Shown in pieces: positions 8,899 to 18,066 of a stretch of DNA of 64,000 nucleotides (its first letter is position 1; the number at the start of each line of letters is the position of its first letter). Under the pieces are notes generated by a model, which did not search any database, was not told where the DNA came from, and worked only from the letters and a program-made list of their open reading frames with translations. This DNA is from a virus (lineage: Duplodnaviria > Caudoviricetes). Where the stretch lies: IMG/VR virus record IMGVR_UViG_3300033405_000003. One strand, 5' to 3'. The translations under genes and the position numbers were made by a program.

Positions 8899-8920
8899 AT
8901 GGCCGGAAGGAGGCCCGACG

Positions 8921-9166
8921 ATGATGACCCGGTGCTCGCGATTCAAGGTGTTCGGCAAGCTCGACGGCGCCGGCGGCGCGCGGGCCGGCACGGTGCTCAT
9001 CGAGCGCGCGGCCGGCCTCGTGCACGTGCGCCCGCACCGCCGCAAGCGCGTCTACACGATGCCCCTGTCCATGGTCGCGGACATGATCTGCATGCGCATC
9101 CTGATGAACGAGGCGGCCGAGCGCCGCGCCGCGAAGCGCAAGGGCAAGAAGGGCGGCGCCCGGTGA
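8921..9166 (+). CDS. Small basic hypothetical protein
   Basis: AGGAGG SD. Confidence 0.65.
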   Translation: MMTRCSRFKVFGKLDGAGGARAGTVLIERAAGLVHVRPHRRKRVYTMPLSMVADMICMRILMNEAAERRAAKRKGKKGGAR

Positions 9167-9858
9167 GCACGTCAGCGCCGAAGCGCTCGCCGCGCCGATG
9201 GGTGCCGCTCCCGCGCGGCCTCGACGCGCGCGCCTTCACGTTCCGGCGCACGCCCAAGGACGTCGACGGGCGGCGCTTCGACGTCCCGTGCACCGTGCTC
9301 GGCAAGGGGATCTACGGCGCGCTCGGCGGCCGGGCGGTGAGTCGCAAGTGGTACAAGGTTCGGTTCGCGGACGGCAAGGTCGCGGACCGGCACGAGCAGA
9401 ACCTCGACGCGAACAAGCGCGAGCTTCGCGCGGACGGGTCGTGGTCGCCCGGGGTCCCGTTCGTCGGGTCGCACGGGACGGCGTCGGGGTGGTGGTGGCT
9501 CAGCGGCACGGGCGCGCTCGAACGCGTGGCGTCGCTCCACGAGAAGGCCCGCCACGAGGCCGGCGACCCGGCGCCGGGCGAGGGCTGGATCCTGGTCTCC
9601 CCTGACGTCGCCGCCGGCATCGTCGCGCACCGCAGGACGCTCCCGAGCGCGCTCCGGCCCGGGGAGGGCGAGACGGACCGCGCTGAGCGCGAGCGGCGCG
9701 AGGCCGAGCTTCGCGCGCGCCGAGAGCGGAAGGCCGCGCACGCAGCCGCGATGCTCGCCATGCACGAGCGCGCGCTCCGTCGCGAGGGGAAGCTCGTGGC
9801 CAAGTGGAAGGCGATCAAGGCCCGCGCCGACAAGGCGCTGGCCGGGAAGAAAAGCTAA
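9163..9858 (+). CDS. Hypothetical basic protein
   Basis: GTGA overlap; codon usage. Confidence 0.6.
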   Translation: MSTSAPKRSPRRWVPLPRGLDARAFTFRRTPKDVDGRRFDVPCTVLGKGIYGALGGRAVSRKWYKVRFADGKVADRHEQNLDANKRELRADGSWSPGVPFVGSHGTASGWWWLSGTGALERVASLHEKARHEAGDPAPGEGWILVSPDVAAGIVAHRRTLPSALRPGEGETDRAERERREAELRARRERKAAHAAAMLAMHERALRREGKLVAKWKAIKARADKALAGKKS

Positions 9859-9882
9859 AAGTCCACATTGACACGTGGACAG
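9859..9882. promoter_or_regulatory. Operator boxes AAGTCCAC ATTGACAC GTGGACAG (GTCCAC-N8-GTGGAC palindrome containing TTGACA)
   Basis: Same motif family as 6856, 8877 and 13961. Confidence 0.65.
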
Positions 9883-9915
9883 ATCGTGCGCACGTAAGAG
9901 AGAGGAGACGAGAAA

Positions 9916-10884
9916 ATGGACTTCGCGCAGATGATGGTCAGCTTCTACGACGCGGTGGAGACCGCGAACGCGACGGCGGACGCGGCGGCGACGGAGTCGC
10001 CCGCGATCCCGGAGAGCTTCAACCAGACCGAGCGCGTGCTCGTCCGGATGATGCGCGAGAACACGGGCGCGTCGATCCTGGACAGCGGCGGCGCCTACGG
10101 GCGCGCGTGGCAGCGCGCGCTCAAGGAAGACTTCGGCAAGCGCGAGCGCACGAGGCTGGAAGCGAGGGTCGGGAGCTACAGCAACGAGGCGTCGCTCGAC
10201 CTCGACGTGACGATCGACCTCTTCACGTACCTCTCCGAGAAGCTCACGTACGATCGCGCGATGACCCGCCAGTTCGAGAAGTTCGCGAAGCTCCCCGAGA
10301 ACGAGAACGAGCACTGGCTCGGCCTGATGCGCGCGTTCCCGGAGTGGATCGCGGACAAGCGCGGCGAGCGGCTCGGCGAGCACTCGGGAGTGGAGAACTC
10401 GTACAACCACGACTGCTACCTCTCCGGCACGATCCAGTTCGCCTTCTTTGAGCTGGACGGCGAGCCCTATTGCCTGCTCCAGATCCACGGCGGCTGCGAC
10501 GTGCGCGGCGGCTACACGGCGCCGAAGGCGTTCAAGTGCGACGACGAGTACGCGCTCTTCGACTGGTACCGCGCGACGATCTCGCCCGACTGGGAGGAGG
10601 TGCGGGCCGCGCGCGAGGGCCTCAAGGCCGAGATCGACCGCCAGCCCTCGCTCCGCGCGGAGGACGACGCCGACGCCCGCGCCGAGGCCGCGTCCCTCGG
10701 CGAGGACGTGTGGTGGGACGTCGGCGCCAACGACGACCACGGCGAGGGTTGCCTCGCGCTGGGCGAGTACCCCGCGGTCGAGATCGCGACGCGCGCGGAG
10801 TGGAAGCGCGGGAGCGTGTGCGTGCTTCCGGACGGCCGCGCGCTCTGCCCAGTGACCGGCGCGGTGCTCCGCGCGAGCTTCTAG
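9916..10884 (+). CDS. Conserved phage hypothetical protein
   Basis: ENTGASILDSGGAYGRAWQR and LQIHGGCDVRGGYTAP motifs; GGAG SD. Confidence 0.75.
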   Translation: MDFAQMMVSFYDAVETANATADAAATESPAIPESFNQTERVLVRMMRENTGASILDSGGAYGRAWQRALKEDFGKRERTRLEARVGSYSNEASLDLDVTIDLFTYLSEKLTYDRAMTRQFEKFAKLPENENEHWLGLMRAFPEWIADKRGERLGEHSGVENSYNHDCYLSGTIQFAFFELDGEPYCLLQIHGGCDVRGGYTAPKAFKCDDEYALFDWYRATISPDWEEVRAAREGLKAEIDRQPSLRAEDDADARAEAASLGEDVWWDVGANDDHGEGCLALGEYPAVEIATRAEWKRGSVCVLPDGRALCPVTGAVLRASF

Positions 10885-10900
10885 GGGAGGAGCGATCACC

Positions 10901-11305
10901 ATGAACGCATCGACCAAAAACGACACGTCGCCCGAGACGACATGCGCGCGCGCCGCGCTCGCCTTGGAGGTCTACAACGCGATGCTCGAAGAGACGGACA
11001 CGTTCGAGGGCGAGATCGGGGCGGACATCGCGTACTTCATGGGCGAGGTCTTGAAGGGGGACAAGTTCCAGGCTTGGCTCGGCTCGAACGACGAGTTTGC
11101 GCGCCTCCTCGTGCGCTCGTTCGGGCCAGACCATAGGGTGTGGGGCCACGTGGAGCTGATGAACGACGACGGCGGAGCCCCGCTCCCCGACCGGGTCGCG
11201 ACGGCGGTCGTCGGCTGCGTCGCGAGCGGCAAGAACCTCGGGGACCTCGACGAGGAAGATTACCCGGCCGCGGGTGTGTGGCTGGAAGTCCTGAGGAAGC
11301 TGTGA
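10901..11305 (+). CDS. Hypothetical protein
   Basis: GGAGG SD. Confidence 0.65.
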   Translation: MNASTKNDTSPETTCARAALALEVYNAMLEETDTFEGEIGADIAYFMGEVLKGDKFQAWLGSNDEFARLLVRSFGPDHRVWGHVELMNDDGGAPLPDRVATAVVGCVASGKNLGDLDEEDYPAAGVWLEVLRKL

Positions 11306-11438
11306 AAGCGAAGCGGCAAAACCCGATCGCCGTCGCCATGCGGAAGCGGTACGGGCATGCGGCGACGACGATGCGCGACAGGCGTGACCGGAGATCCAAA
11401 GATCACCGCAAGAGCTGGAAGCGGGAGGAGTGGTGACC

Positions 11439-12194
11439 ATGGCGAAGCGGAAGCAGAAGCAGAACGAAACCGTCCCGAGCAACGTCCTCAAGTTCCGCAC
11501 GCGAGAGGAGCGCGAGGTGGAGCTGCGGGCCGAGTGCCAGGCCGAAGCCGAAGGCGCGCGCATGACGGACGCGCGCGTCATAGAGTTCCCGCTCGACCGC
11601 ATCAAGCCCCGCGGCCCGGTCTTCAACCTCCCCGCGCGCGAGGAAGCGAGCGGCCAGCGCTCGCTCGACTTCGACGGGCTCGCCGCGCCGAAGACGCCGT
11701 GCCCCGTCATCCGTTTGGAGCCGGCGACGCACGCGCAGCGCGCGCGGCGCGCGTACGACCTCTACTGCCGCGCGTCCACGCTCGACGAGGACCCGGCGAC
11801 GTACGACGAAGCGCAAGGGCTCTACGAAGAGGCGCTCCGCTTCGACCCGCTCCTCGCCATCGCGGAGGTGAACCTCGGGAACATTCTTTTCCGTCGCGGG
11901 ATGGATCGCCGAGCGGAGGGACTCTACCGGCACGCGATCGAGGTCCAGCACCACTGCCCGGAGGCGCACTACAACCTCGGCTACGTGATGCTAGAGCGCG
12001 GGGACGCGCGCGCCGCGGCCGAATCGTTCACGACGGCCCTCGCCCAAGACTCCCGCTTCGCGGACGCGCACTTCAACCTCGCGATGGCCCTAGAGCAGAT
12101 GGGCAAGCGCGCCGTCGCCCGCAACCACTGGCGCACGTACCTCGACCTCGAGCCGCACGGCACGTGGGCCGACATCGCGCGCAAGCACCTGTAA
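11439..12194 (+). CDS. Tetratricopeptide repeat protein
   Basis: TPR units AEVNLGNILFRRG, EAHYNLGYVMLERG, DAHFNLAMALEQMG. Confidence 0.9.
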   Translation: MAKRKQKQNETVPSNVLKFRTREEREVELRAECQAEAEGARMTDARVIEFPLDRIKPRGPVFNLPAREEASGQRSLDFDGLAAPKTPCPVIRLEPATHAQRARRAYDLYCRASTLDEDPATYDEAQGLYEEALRFDPLLAIAEVNLGNILFRRGMDRRAEGLYRHAIEVQHHCPEAHYNLGYVMLERGDARAAAESFTTALAQDSRFADAHFNLAMALEQMGKRAVARNHWRTYLDLEPHGTWADIARKHL

Positions 12195-12224
12195 TCCCAA
12201 AAACCCGCAAAAAGAGAGAAACCG

Positions 12225-12362
12225 ATGAACCCGAACCAGAGCCAAGACGAAATCCCGACCGTGCCGTACCTCAAGCTCGCGGCCATCGTGCAGGCGCCGG
12301 ACGACGATGAGGACGAGACGCTGCCCACGTTCTCGTTCCCCGAGGAGCGCGGTGATGAATAG
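12225..12362 (+). CDS. 45-aa acidic peptide (not in the ORF track)
   Basis: MNPNQSQDEIPTVPYLKLAAIVQAPDDDEDETLPTFSFPEERGDE; purine-rich SD; overlaps next start. Confidence 0.55.
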   Translation: MNPNQSQDEIPTVPYLKLAAIVQAPDDDEDETLPTFSFPEERGDE

Positions 12363-12542
12363 GCGCGCGATCGAGGAGAGCGCCAACGTGATGCTCGTCC
12401 GCGGGTGGATACTGGACGGCGTAGGTCCCGCGCGGTGGGGCTGGGCAGTGGTCGAGCCCCTCAAGCGTCGTTGGGTAGGCAAGACCCTCGCGGACGCGGC
12501 GCGCAGCCTGGGCGCGGCCGAGCCCCGGAAGGAGCAAGTCCC

Positions 12543-12845
12543 GTGAAGCCCAAGACCATGAAGGTGTTCGAGTGGTTCCTCGTCGTCGAGGGCCGCGGGC
12601 AGTTCCCCGTAGACATGCTGCGCTACGACTCCGCGTTCCCCCACAGGGAGGAAGACTCGGCGATGTGCAAGCCCGAGCACAGGGAGCGCCGCCGCGTCGT
12701 GCTCTGCCGGCGCGGCGTGAACGAGTCGAGCGGCAGCGCGGCCCGCTGGTCGTCGTTCGGGTGGGCGGTCGTGCTCGCCTCGACGGACGCGGGCGAGGCG
12801 GTCGCCGCCGCGCGCGAGCTGGACGACAAGGGGGCGGCGCCGTGA
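12543..12845 (+). CDS. Conserved phage hypothetical protein
   Basis: VEGRGQFPVDMLRYDSAFP...RWSSFGW. Confidence 0.65.
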   Translation: MKPKTMKVFEWFLVVEGRGQFPVDMLRYDSAFPHREEDSAMCKPEHRERRRVVLCRRGVNESSGSAARWSSFGWAVVLASTDAGEAVAAARELDDKGAAP

Positions 12846-13654
12846 GGCGCGTCCGCGGGGACATCGTGGACGCGCTGGTCGGGCGCAAGATCGTCAAGGC
12901 CGAGTGCGAGCGCTGGAACGGCGCCCGCGAGGGGACGGCCACGCCGATCTGGTGCCACACTTGGACGCTCACGCTCGACAGCGGCGCGAGGGTGAGCTTC
13001 TGGGCCGAGGAGTCCGAGGTCGGCGAGTACGGAGTCGACATCCGCGTGGCGAGGGGCGCATGAGGGGGAAGCTCTCCGAGGCGCAGCGCGGCACGCTCGC
13101 GGCTGTCCACCGGGCGCACGAGAACGGCCAGTGGTTCCGCGCGAGGAGCGGCGGCGAGCGCGTCACGCTGGCGAGCCTCTATCGGTACGGCCTGCTCACG
13201 AGGCGGGTGTGGCGGGCCGGCAAACAGGAAGCCGACAACGCGCACGAGTACAAGCTCTCCGACGCGTTCGTCGAGGAGTGGAAGCGAAAGATCGAATTGT
13301 CGAGGTCGTCGTGAAGATCCGGCGCCGCGCGCGGCCCCACCACGGCGTCGAGACCCCGCGCGAGGCGCAGGTGCGCGAGCGCATCGAGGAGGCGAAGCGC
13401 CGGAGCACGTGCGTCGCGTGGCGCGACGACGAGGGGTACGAGCACAACTACCACGAGCCGAAGGGCGACGGCGGCGGCGCGCGGACGTTCACGTGGGACC
13501 CGAAGCTCCGCCGCAGCGTCTCGCCGGTGGAGTGCGCGCACTGCGGGCGCAAGGGCGTGCTCACCATCTTGGAGGTGGGCGATTATTGGGACGACCCGCT
13601 CGTCGCGGAGAACAAAGCGGCGTCATGAGGCGCCGAGGAGAGAAGGAGACGAAC

Positions 13655-13945
13655 ATGGGAACCAGGACCGAGAGCGATCTCGTGAGCGTGAGCGAGCGGG
13701 CGCTCGTCAAGCGCTGCAACAGGATCATCGCGAAGGACAACCGCAAGCTGATGAAGAACCACCCCGCGCGCTCGCGGGCGGGCAAGCGCCGGCTCACGGA
13801 CCGCGAGAAGGAGTTCGGGACGTTCTTCGTGGTCAAGGGAGGCCCGCGCGGCAAGGTCGTCGAGCACCACGTGGACCTCGAAGAGCTTGGGCGCCGCTGC
13901 GGGGCGCTCGCCAGCTACGAGTACCTGGAGAAGCCGGCCCGTTGA
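13655..13945 (+). CDS. Small basic protein, paralog of 6507-6782
   Basis: SERALVKRCNRIIAKD...VDLEELGR; AGGAG SD. Confidence 0.7.
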   Translation: MGTRTESDLVSVSERALVKRCNRIIAKDNRKLMKNHPARSRAGKRRLTDREKEFGTFFVVKGGPRGKVVEHHVDLEELGRRCGALASYEYLEKPAR

Positions 13946-13976
13946 TTGCATATCAGCTAAAAGTCCACGTGGCCAT
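13935..13976 (+). promoter_or_regulatory. sigma54 promoter (CGGCCCGTTGATTGCA) followed by boxes AAGTCCAC GTGGCCAT
   Basis: GG-N10-GC at 13936-13949; boxes at 13961-13976; upstream of ftsK. Confidence 0.65.
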
Positions 13977-14009
13977 TGATAACCACGAGAGAGTGATTAG
14001 GATAACAAG

Positions 14010-15986
14010 ATGAAAACGGCGAAGAAAGACACGAAGACGGGGGCGCGAGTCGCGGCGCTCGGCATGCTCGGCGGGGCGATCCTGCTTGGGCTCGCGCTTG
14101 GGACGGGGCTCCTCGGCCCGGCGGGGGAGGCCGCCGACGGCTTGCTCTCGGGGCTCGCGGGCGCGGTCGCGTGGCTCCTGCCCGCCGAGATGCTGCTCTG
14201 CGGGGCCGCGCTCGCGCGAGGCCGGGGCTTCTCCCTCTTCCGCCTGCTCGGCGACGGCGTGCTCGCGCTGATCGCGGCTGCGCTGATCCACCTCACGTGG
14301 GATGGGAGCGGCGGGCTCGTCGGCGAGGGCGTCGGCGAGGCCGCGCGCGGCGCGTTCACGACCACGGGGGCGTTCATCGTGGGGTTGCTCCTCGCGGGGC
14401 TCGTCCTCGCCGAGCGCGTGAAGGCGGTGGCCCTCGCGGAGCGCATCGAGGGGATGAGCCTCGGCGGCGCGCTCAGCTCTCTCCGCGCCCGGCGGGTGCC
14501 GGTCCTCCCGGATCACGAGCCGGCGAGCCCGGCGCCGATCTCCGCGTGGACGCGGTACGTGACCGGCGAGTCCCAGGGCGTCGAGACCGAGGACACCGAG
14601 GACGAGGACGCGGGCGGGTTCGTCGCCACCGAGGAAGACGACGAGGACGCCGGCGTGTTCGTCGCCACGGCCGCAGCGGGCGCCGAGGACGACACGTGGG
14701 TGGACGCCCGTGCGGACGGCGCGCGCAACCAAGACGGGCGCCGCCCGAGCGTCGTCTGCACGTTCGAGCTGCCGCCCACGAAGCTTCTCGGCTACACCGA
14801 GAAGGAGAGGCCCGCGGCCAGCGACGCGCAGCTCGACGCGGAGGCGCGCCTGCTCGCGTCCACGCTCGGCGCCTACGACGTCACGGCGAAGATCGAGCAC
14901 GCCACGCACGGCCCGACGGTGACGACGTTCGAGGCGTCGCTCGCGGCGGGCACGAAGCTCTCGAAGGTCATCGGCCTGGCGGACGACCTCTCGCTCACCT
15001 TCGGGCGCAAGGTCCGCGTCGTCCCGTCGCGGCCCGGCTGCGTCGGGTTCGAGGTCGCCAACGAGGCGCGCGCGACGGTCGGGCTCCGCGAGCTTCTGGA
15101 GAGCGAGGGCTTCCGCGCGGCCAAGGAGAAGATGTCCCTGCCGGTCGTGCTCGGCCGCGACGTGCGCGGCGAGGGCGTGTACGCCGACCTCGCGGAGACG
15201 CCGCACGTGCTGATGGCGGGTGCGACGGGCGCCGGCAAGAGCGTGGGGCTCAACGTGGTGCTCGCGTCGCTCCTCTACTCGAAGACTCCCGAGGAGCTTC
15301 GGCTCGTGATGATCGACCCGAAGGTGGTGGAGCTTCAGCCGTACGCCCGGATCCCGCACATGCTCCTGCCCGTCGTGACGGACGCGAGCAAGGCGGTGGC
15401 GGCGCTCCACTGGGTCGCGACCGAGATGGAGAGCCGCTACCAGCTCCTCGCGAAGGCGGGCTGCAAGAACATTGCGTCCTACAACGCCAAATGCAAAGCC
15501 GCGGACAAGCTCCCGCACGTCGTGATCGTCGTCGACGAGTACGCCGACCTCTACGCCTCGCAGGGCAAGGCGGTCGACGCCCTGATCTCGCGCCTCGCGC
15601 AGAAGGCCCGCGCGGCCGGGATGCACATGATCCTCGCGACGCAGCGCCCGAGCGTGGACGTCGTCACGGGCACCATCAAGGCGAACTTCCCGACGCGCGT
15701 CGCGTTCCGCGTGGCGCAGCGGGTCGACAGCCGCGTGGTGCTCGACGAGCAAGGCGCGGAGCAGCTCACGGGGCGCGGCGACATGCTCGTCAAGATGGGT
15801 GGCTCCGACGCCGCCCTCCGCGTGCAGTGCCCGATGATCACCGAGGCCGAGATCGAGGGCGTAACGGCGCACCTCGCGGCCCAGGGCGCGCCCGACTACG
15901 ACGCGGGCGTGCTCGACCCGGCGCCGGCGGAGCCCAAGGAACCGAAGGCGCGCAAGGGCAGCAAGAAAGAGCGCGTGTGGTCGTGA
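14010..15986 (+). CDS. ftsK: FtsK/SpoIIIE DNA translocase with N-terminal membrane region and motor domain, no gamma domain
   Basis: PHVLMAGATGAGKS, MIDPKVVEL, VVDEYADL, LAQKARAAGMHMILATQRPSVDV, GAEQLTGRGDML. Confidence 0.92.
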   Translation: MKTAKKDTKTGARVAALGMLGGAILLGLALGTGLLGPAGEAADGLLSGLAGAVAWLLPAEMLLCGAALARGRGFSLFRLLGDGVLALIAAALIHLTWDGSGGLVGEGVGEAARGAFTTTGAFIVGLLLAGLVLAERVKAVALAERIEGMSLGGALSSLRARRVPVLPDHEPASPAPISAWTRYVTGESQGVETEDTEDEDAGGFVATEEDDEDAGVFVATAAAGAEDDTWVDARADGARNQDGRRPSVVCTFELPPTKLLGYTEKERPAASDAQLDAEARLLASTLGAYDVTAKIEHATHGPTVTTFEASLAAGTKLSKVIGLADDLSLTFGRKVRVVPSRPGCVGFEVANEARATVGLRELLESEGFRAAKEKMSLPVVLGRDVRGEGVYADLAETPHVLMAGATGAGKSVGLNVVLASLLYSKTPEELRLVMIDPKVVELQPYARIPHMLLPVVTDASKAVAALHWVATEMESRYQLLAKAGCKNIASYNAKCKAADKLPHVVIVVDEYADLYASQGKAVDALISRLAQKARAAGMHMILATQRPSVDVVTGTIKANFPTRVAFRVAQRVDSRVVLDEQGAEQLTGRGDMLVKMGGSDAALRVQCPMITEAEIEGVTAHLAAQGAPDYDAGVLDPAPAEPKEPKARKGSKKERVWS

Positions 15987-16486
15987 GCAAGGGATCGATC
16001 CCGAGGAGCCCGACGTGGTGCACCCGGTGCATCGCCAACTCGTCGCGCTTCGCGCGGGGGACGCCCGAGGGCGACCTCGTGCTCGGCCTGACGGCGGTGG
16101 GCGAGCGCAAGCTCGACGAACCGTGCCCCGACCACCGCGGCAAGGACGGCCGCTTCGTCGACTACAAGGGATACGACGCTTACGAGCCGAGCGAGTGGGT
16201 CCTCACGGTCGTCGGCAAGAGGTACAGGGGGTTCGACGGGCGGGTGTACCTCTGCTTCGGCTACGACCCGCGCTCGGGGTTCTGGATGCGCGCGGAGGGC
16301 GAGCCCGCCCGCGAAGCGAACGTGTCGGAGGCCGCGATCGACCGGACGTATCACCGCGTGCGGGAGCCCGCCGCGCCGCCGAGGCCCGCGGTCGAGGAGG
16401 AGATCGCGCCGAGCGAGGACCGCAGGGACTGGGCCGCCGAGGACAAGCACGACCTCGAGAAGGAAGGCGGCTGGGAAGACCCTTGA
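15983..16486 (+). CDS. Hypothetical protein
   Basis: GTGA overlap with ftsK. Confidence 0.55.
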   Translation: MSKGSIPRSPTWCTRCIANSSRFARGTPEGDLVLGLTAVGERKLDEPCPDHRGKDGRFVDYKGYDAYEPSEWVLTVVGKRYRGFDGRVYLCFGYDPRSGFWMRAEGEPAREANVSEAAIDRTYHRVREPAAPPRPAVEEEIAPSEDRRDWAAEDKHDLEKEGGWEDP

Positions 16487-16492
16487 AAAACG

Positions 16493-16538
16493 TGACGGCA
16501 CTTTGCCGTTGACGTGTGACAGTGTGGTGCATTACATT
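16493..16538 (+). promoter_or_regulatory. sigma70-like promoter TTGACG-N18-TACATT with overlapping TGACGGCA boxes
   Basis: -35 at 16509, -10 at 16533, ATG at 16546 (leaderless spacing). Confidence 0.6.
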
Positions 16539-16545
16539 GCAGCTC

Positions 16546-16746
16546 ATGAAGAAGAGCGCGAGCGCCAACACCGCGGCCATCAATCTGCGGGTCCCGCCCG
16601 AGTGGATCGAGACGGCCGACGTCCTCGCGGAGGCCAGCGAGCCCGTGAAGGCGACGCGCTCGGCCATCCTGCGCGCCGCGCTCGGCCGGGGCCTCGCGGG
16701 CATGATGGACGACAGGCACAAGAAGGCCGGGAAGAAGAACCGATGA
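16546..16746 (+). CDS. Ribbon-helix-helix (CopG-like) regulator
   Basis: AINLRVPPEWIETAD...TRSAILRAAL. Confidence 0.7.
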   Translation: MKKSASANTAAINLRVPPEWIETADVLAEASEPVKATRSAILRAALGRGLAGMMDDRHKKAGKKNR

Positions 16747-17387
16747 GCAAGGGAACGAGGAGAGAGGTCACGAGCGACGAGCGCGACGCGATCGTCGCCG
16801 ACTACAAGAACGGCGTGCCGACGGACCAGCTCGCGGCGAAGCACGGGCGGCACATGTCGACGATCCTCGCAATCGTCAAGAGGTCCGGGACCGCGATGCG
16901 CGGCAAGGGTTGGCGCCCGGACGGCGGCGCGAAGAAGCCGAGCAAGCACAGGCGCGCGAACGCGAGCGGCATCCCGGACGAGGAGCGCGAGCGCATGGCG
17001 GCCGACTACGCGGCGGGGATGTCCCAGGCCGACATGATGAAGAAGTACGGGCGGAGCCCCGACGCGATCCGCAACGCGGCGCAGCTCCACGGCGTCCCGC
17101 TCCGCGGGCGCGGGTGGCGGAAGGACAAGCTCGTGATGAAGGCCAGGAAGAAAGGCGCGCGGTGGAAGATGAAGAAGAAGACCAGGCGCGCGGCGACGGT
17201 CGCCGCGTCGATCAGCCACGCGAACAAGGCGCTCAAGAAGGCGCACAAGCAGAACGGCGGGATCACGCGCGCCGTGTCGGCGCTGCTCAAGAGCCTGGAG
17301 CACGAGGAGATTCAAGACCTCTTCGTGGACTTCGGCCGGCGCACGTACAAGGTCACGAGGCTCCGCGTCGAGGAAGGGAGCGCCTGA
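16743..17387 (+). CDS. Basic protein with two HTH-like repeats
   Basis: ERDAIVADYKNGVPTDQLAAKHG and ERERMAADYAAGMSQADMMKKYG. Confidence 0.7.
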   Translation: MSKGTRREVTSDERDAIVADYKNGVPTDQLAAKHGRHMSTILAIVKRSGTAMRGKGWRPDGGAKKPSKHRRANASGIPDEERERMAADYAAGMSQADMMKKYGRSPDAIRNAAQLHGVPLRGRGWRKDKLVMKARKKGARWKMKKKTRRAATVAASISHANKALKKAHKQNGGITRAVSALLKSLEHEEIQDLFVDFGRRTYKVTRLRVEEGSA

Positions 17388-17818
17388 TGCCCGCGGCCCG
17401 CAAGCACGACGACCCCCGCCCGCTCAGGCTGAAGTACATCGAGAAGGTCGACTTCCGGAAGAACGAGTTCACGAATTTCGTCGAGACCTCGGTGGTGGGC
17501 AAGGGCAAGAAGACCAAGAAGCGCGCTCCGCTCAAGCCCGGCGAGGTCGCGTGCCTCGTGTCGTCCTCCGGCAATCAGATCGTGTTCGTCTACGCGCCGA
17601 AGCTCGTGGCCGAGGACGGGGGACGCGGCGCCGAGGAGCGGCCCGTGCTCCACTCCGAGAAGCTCAGGCTCACGAGCGGCGGGCGCTGGCACCCGCTCAT
17701 GCTCGGCACCTACGCCGAGCAGGTCGGGATCAAGCTCGAGGGGATCAAGCTCTTCGAGGAGCACTACGACCAGATGACGCGCGAGCGCGTGCGCCTGCGC
17801 CGCATGCGCGCTGGGTGA
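17387..17818 (+). CDS. Hypothetical protein
   Basis: TGATG coupling. Confidence 0.6.
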   Translation: MPAARKHDDPRPLRLKYIEKVDFRKNEFTNFVETSVVGKGKKTKKRAPLKPGEVACLVSSSGNQIVFVYAPKLVAEDGGRGAEERPVLHSEKLRLTSGGRWHPLMLGTYAEQVGIKLEGIKLFEEHYDQMTRERVRLRRMRAG

Positions 17819-17823
17819 CAGAG

Positions 17824-18066
17824 ATGGGAAAGAAGATCCGCGACATCCCGAGCCTCGTCGTCAAGGTCCAGCTCGCGCTCCACACCTCGGACGGGGCCGC
17901 GGGAGCGCGGTGCCTCATCACGAACGAGGAGCGGACCATCCTCTACGAGACCGAGGCCGAGGACGTCGTGCGCGCGATGGCGGGCCGAGCGAAGGCGTAC
18001 TTCCGCGCGACGCTCAAGGACACGTTCCTGACGCTGGGGGAGGAAGTCCCCGAGCCGGACTGGTGA
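17824..18066 (+). CDS. Conserved phage hypothetical protein
   Basis: VVKVQL...MAGRAKAYFRA...GEEVPEPDW. Confidence 0.6.
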   Translation: MGKKIRDIPSLVVKVQLALHTSDGAAGARCLITNEERTILYETEAEDVVRAMAGRAKAYFRATLKDTFLTLGEEVPEPDW

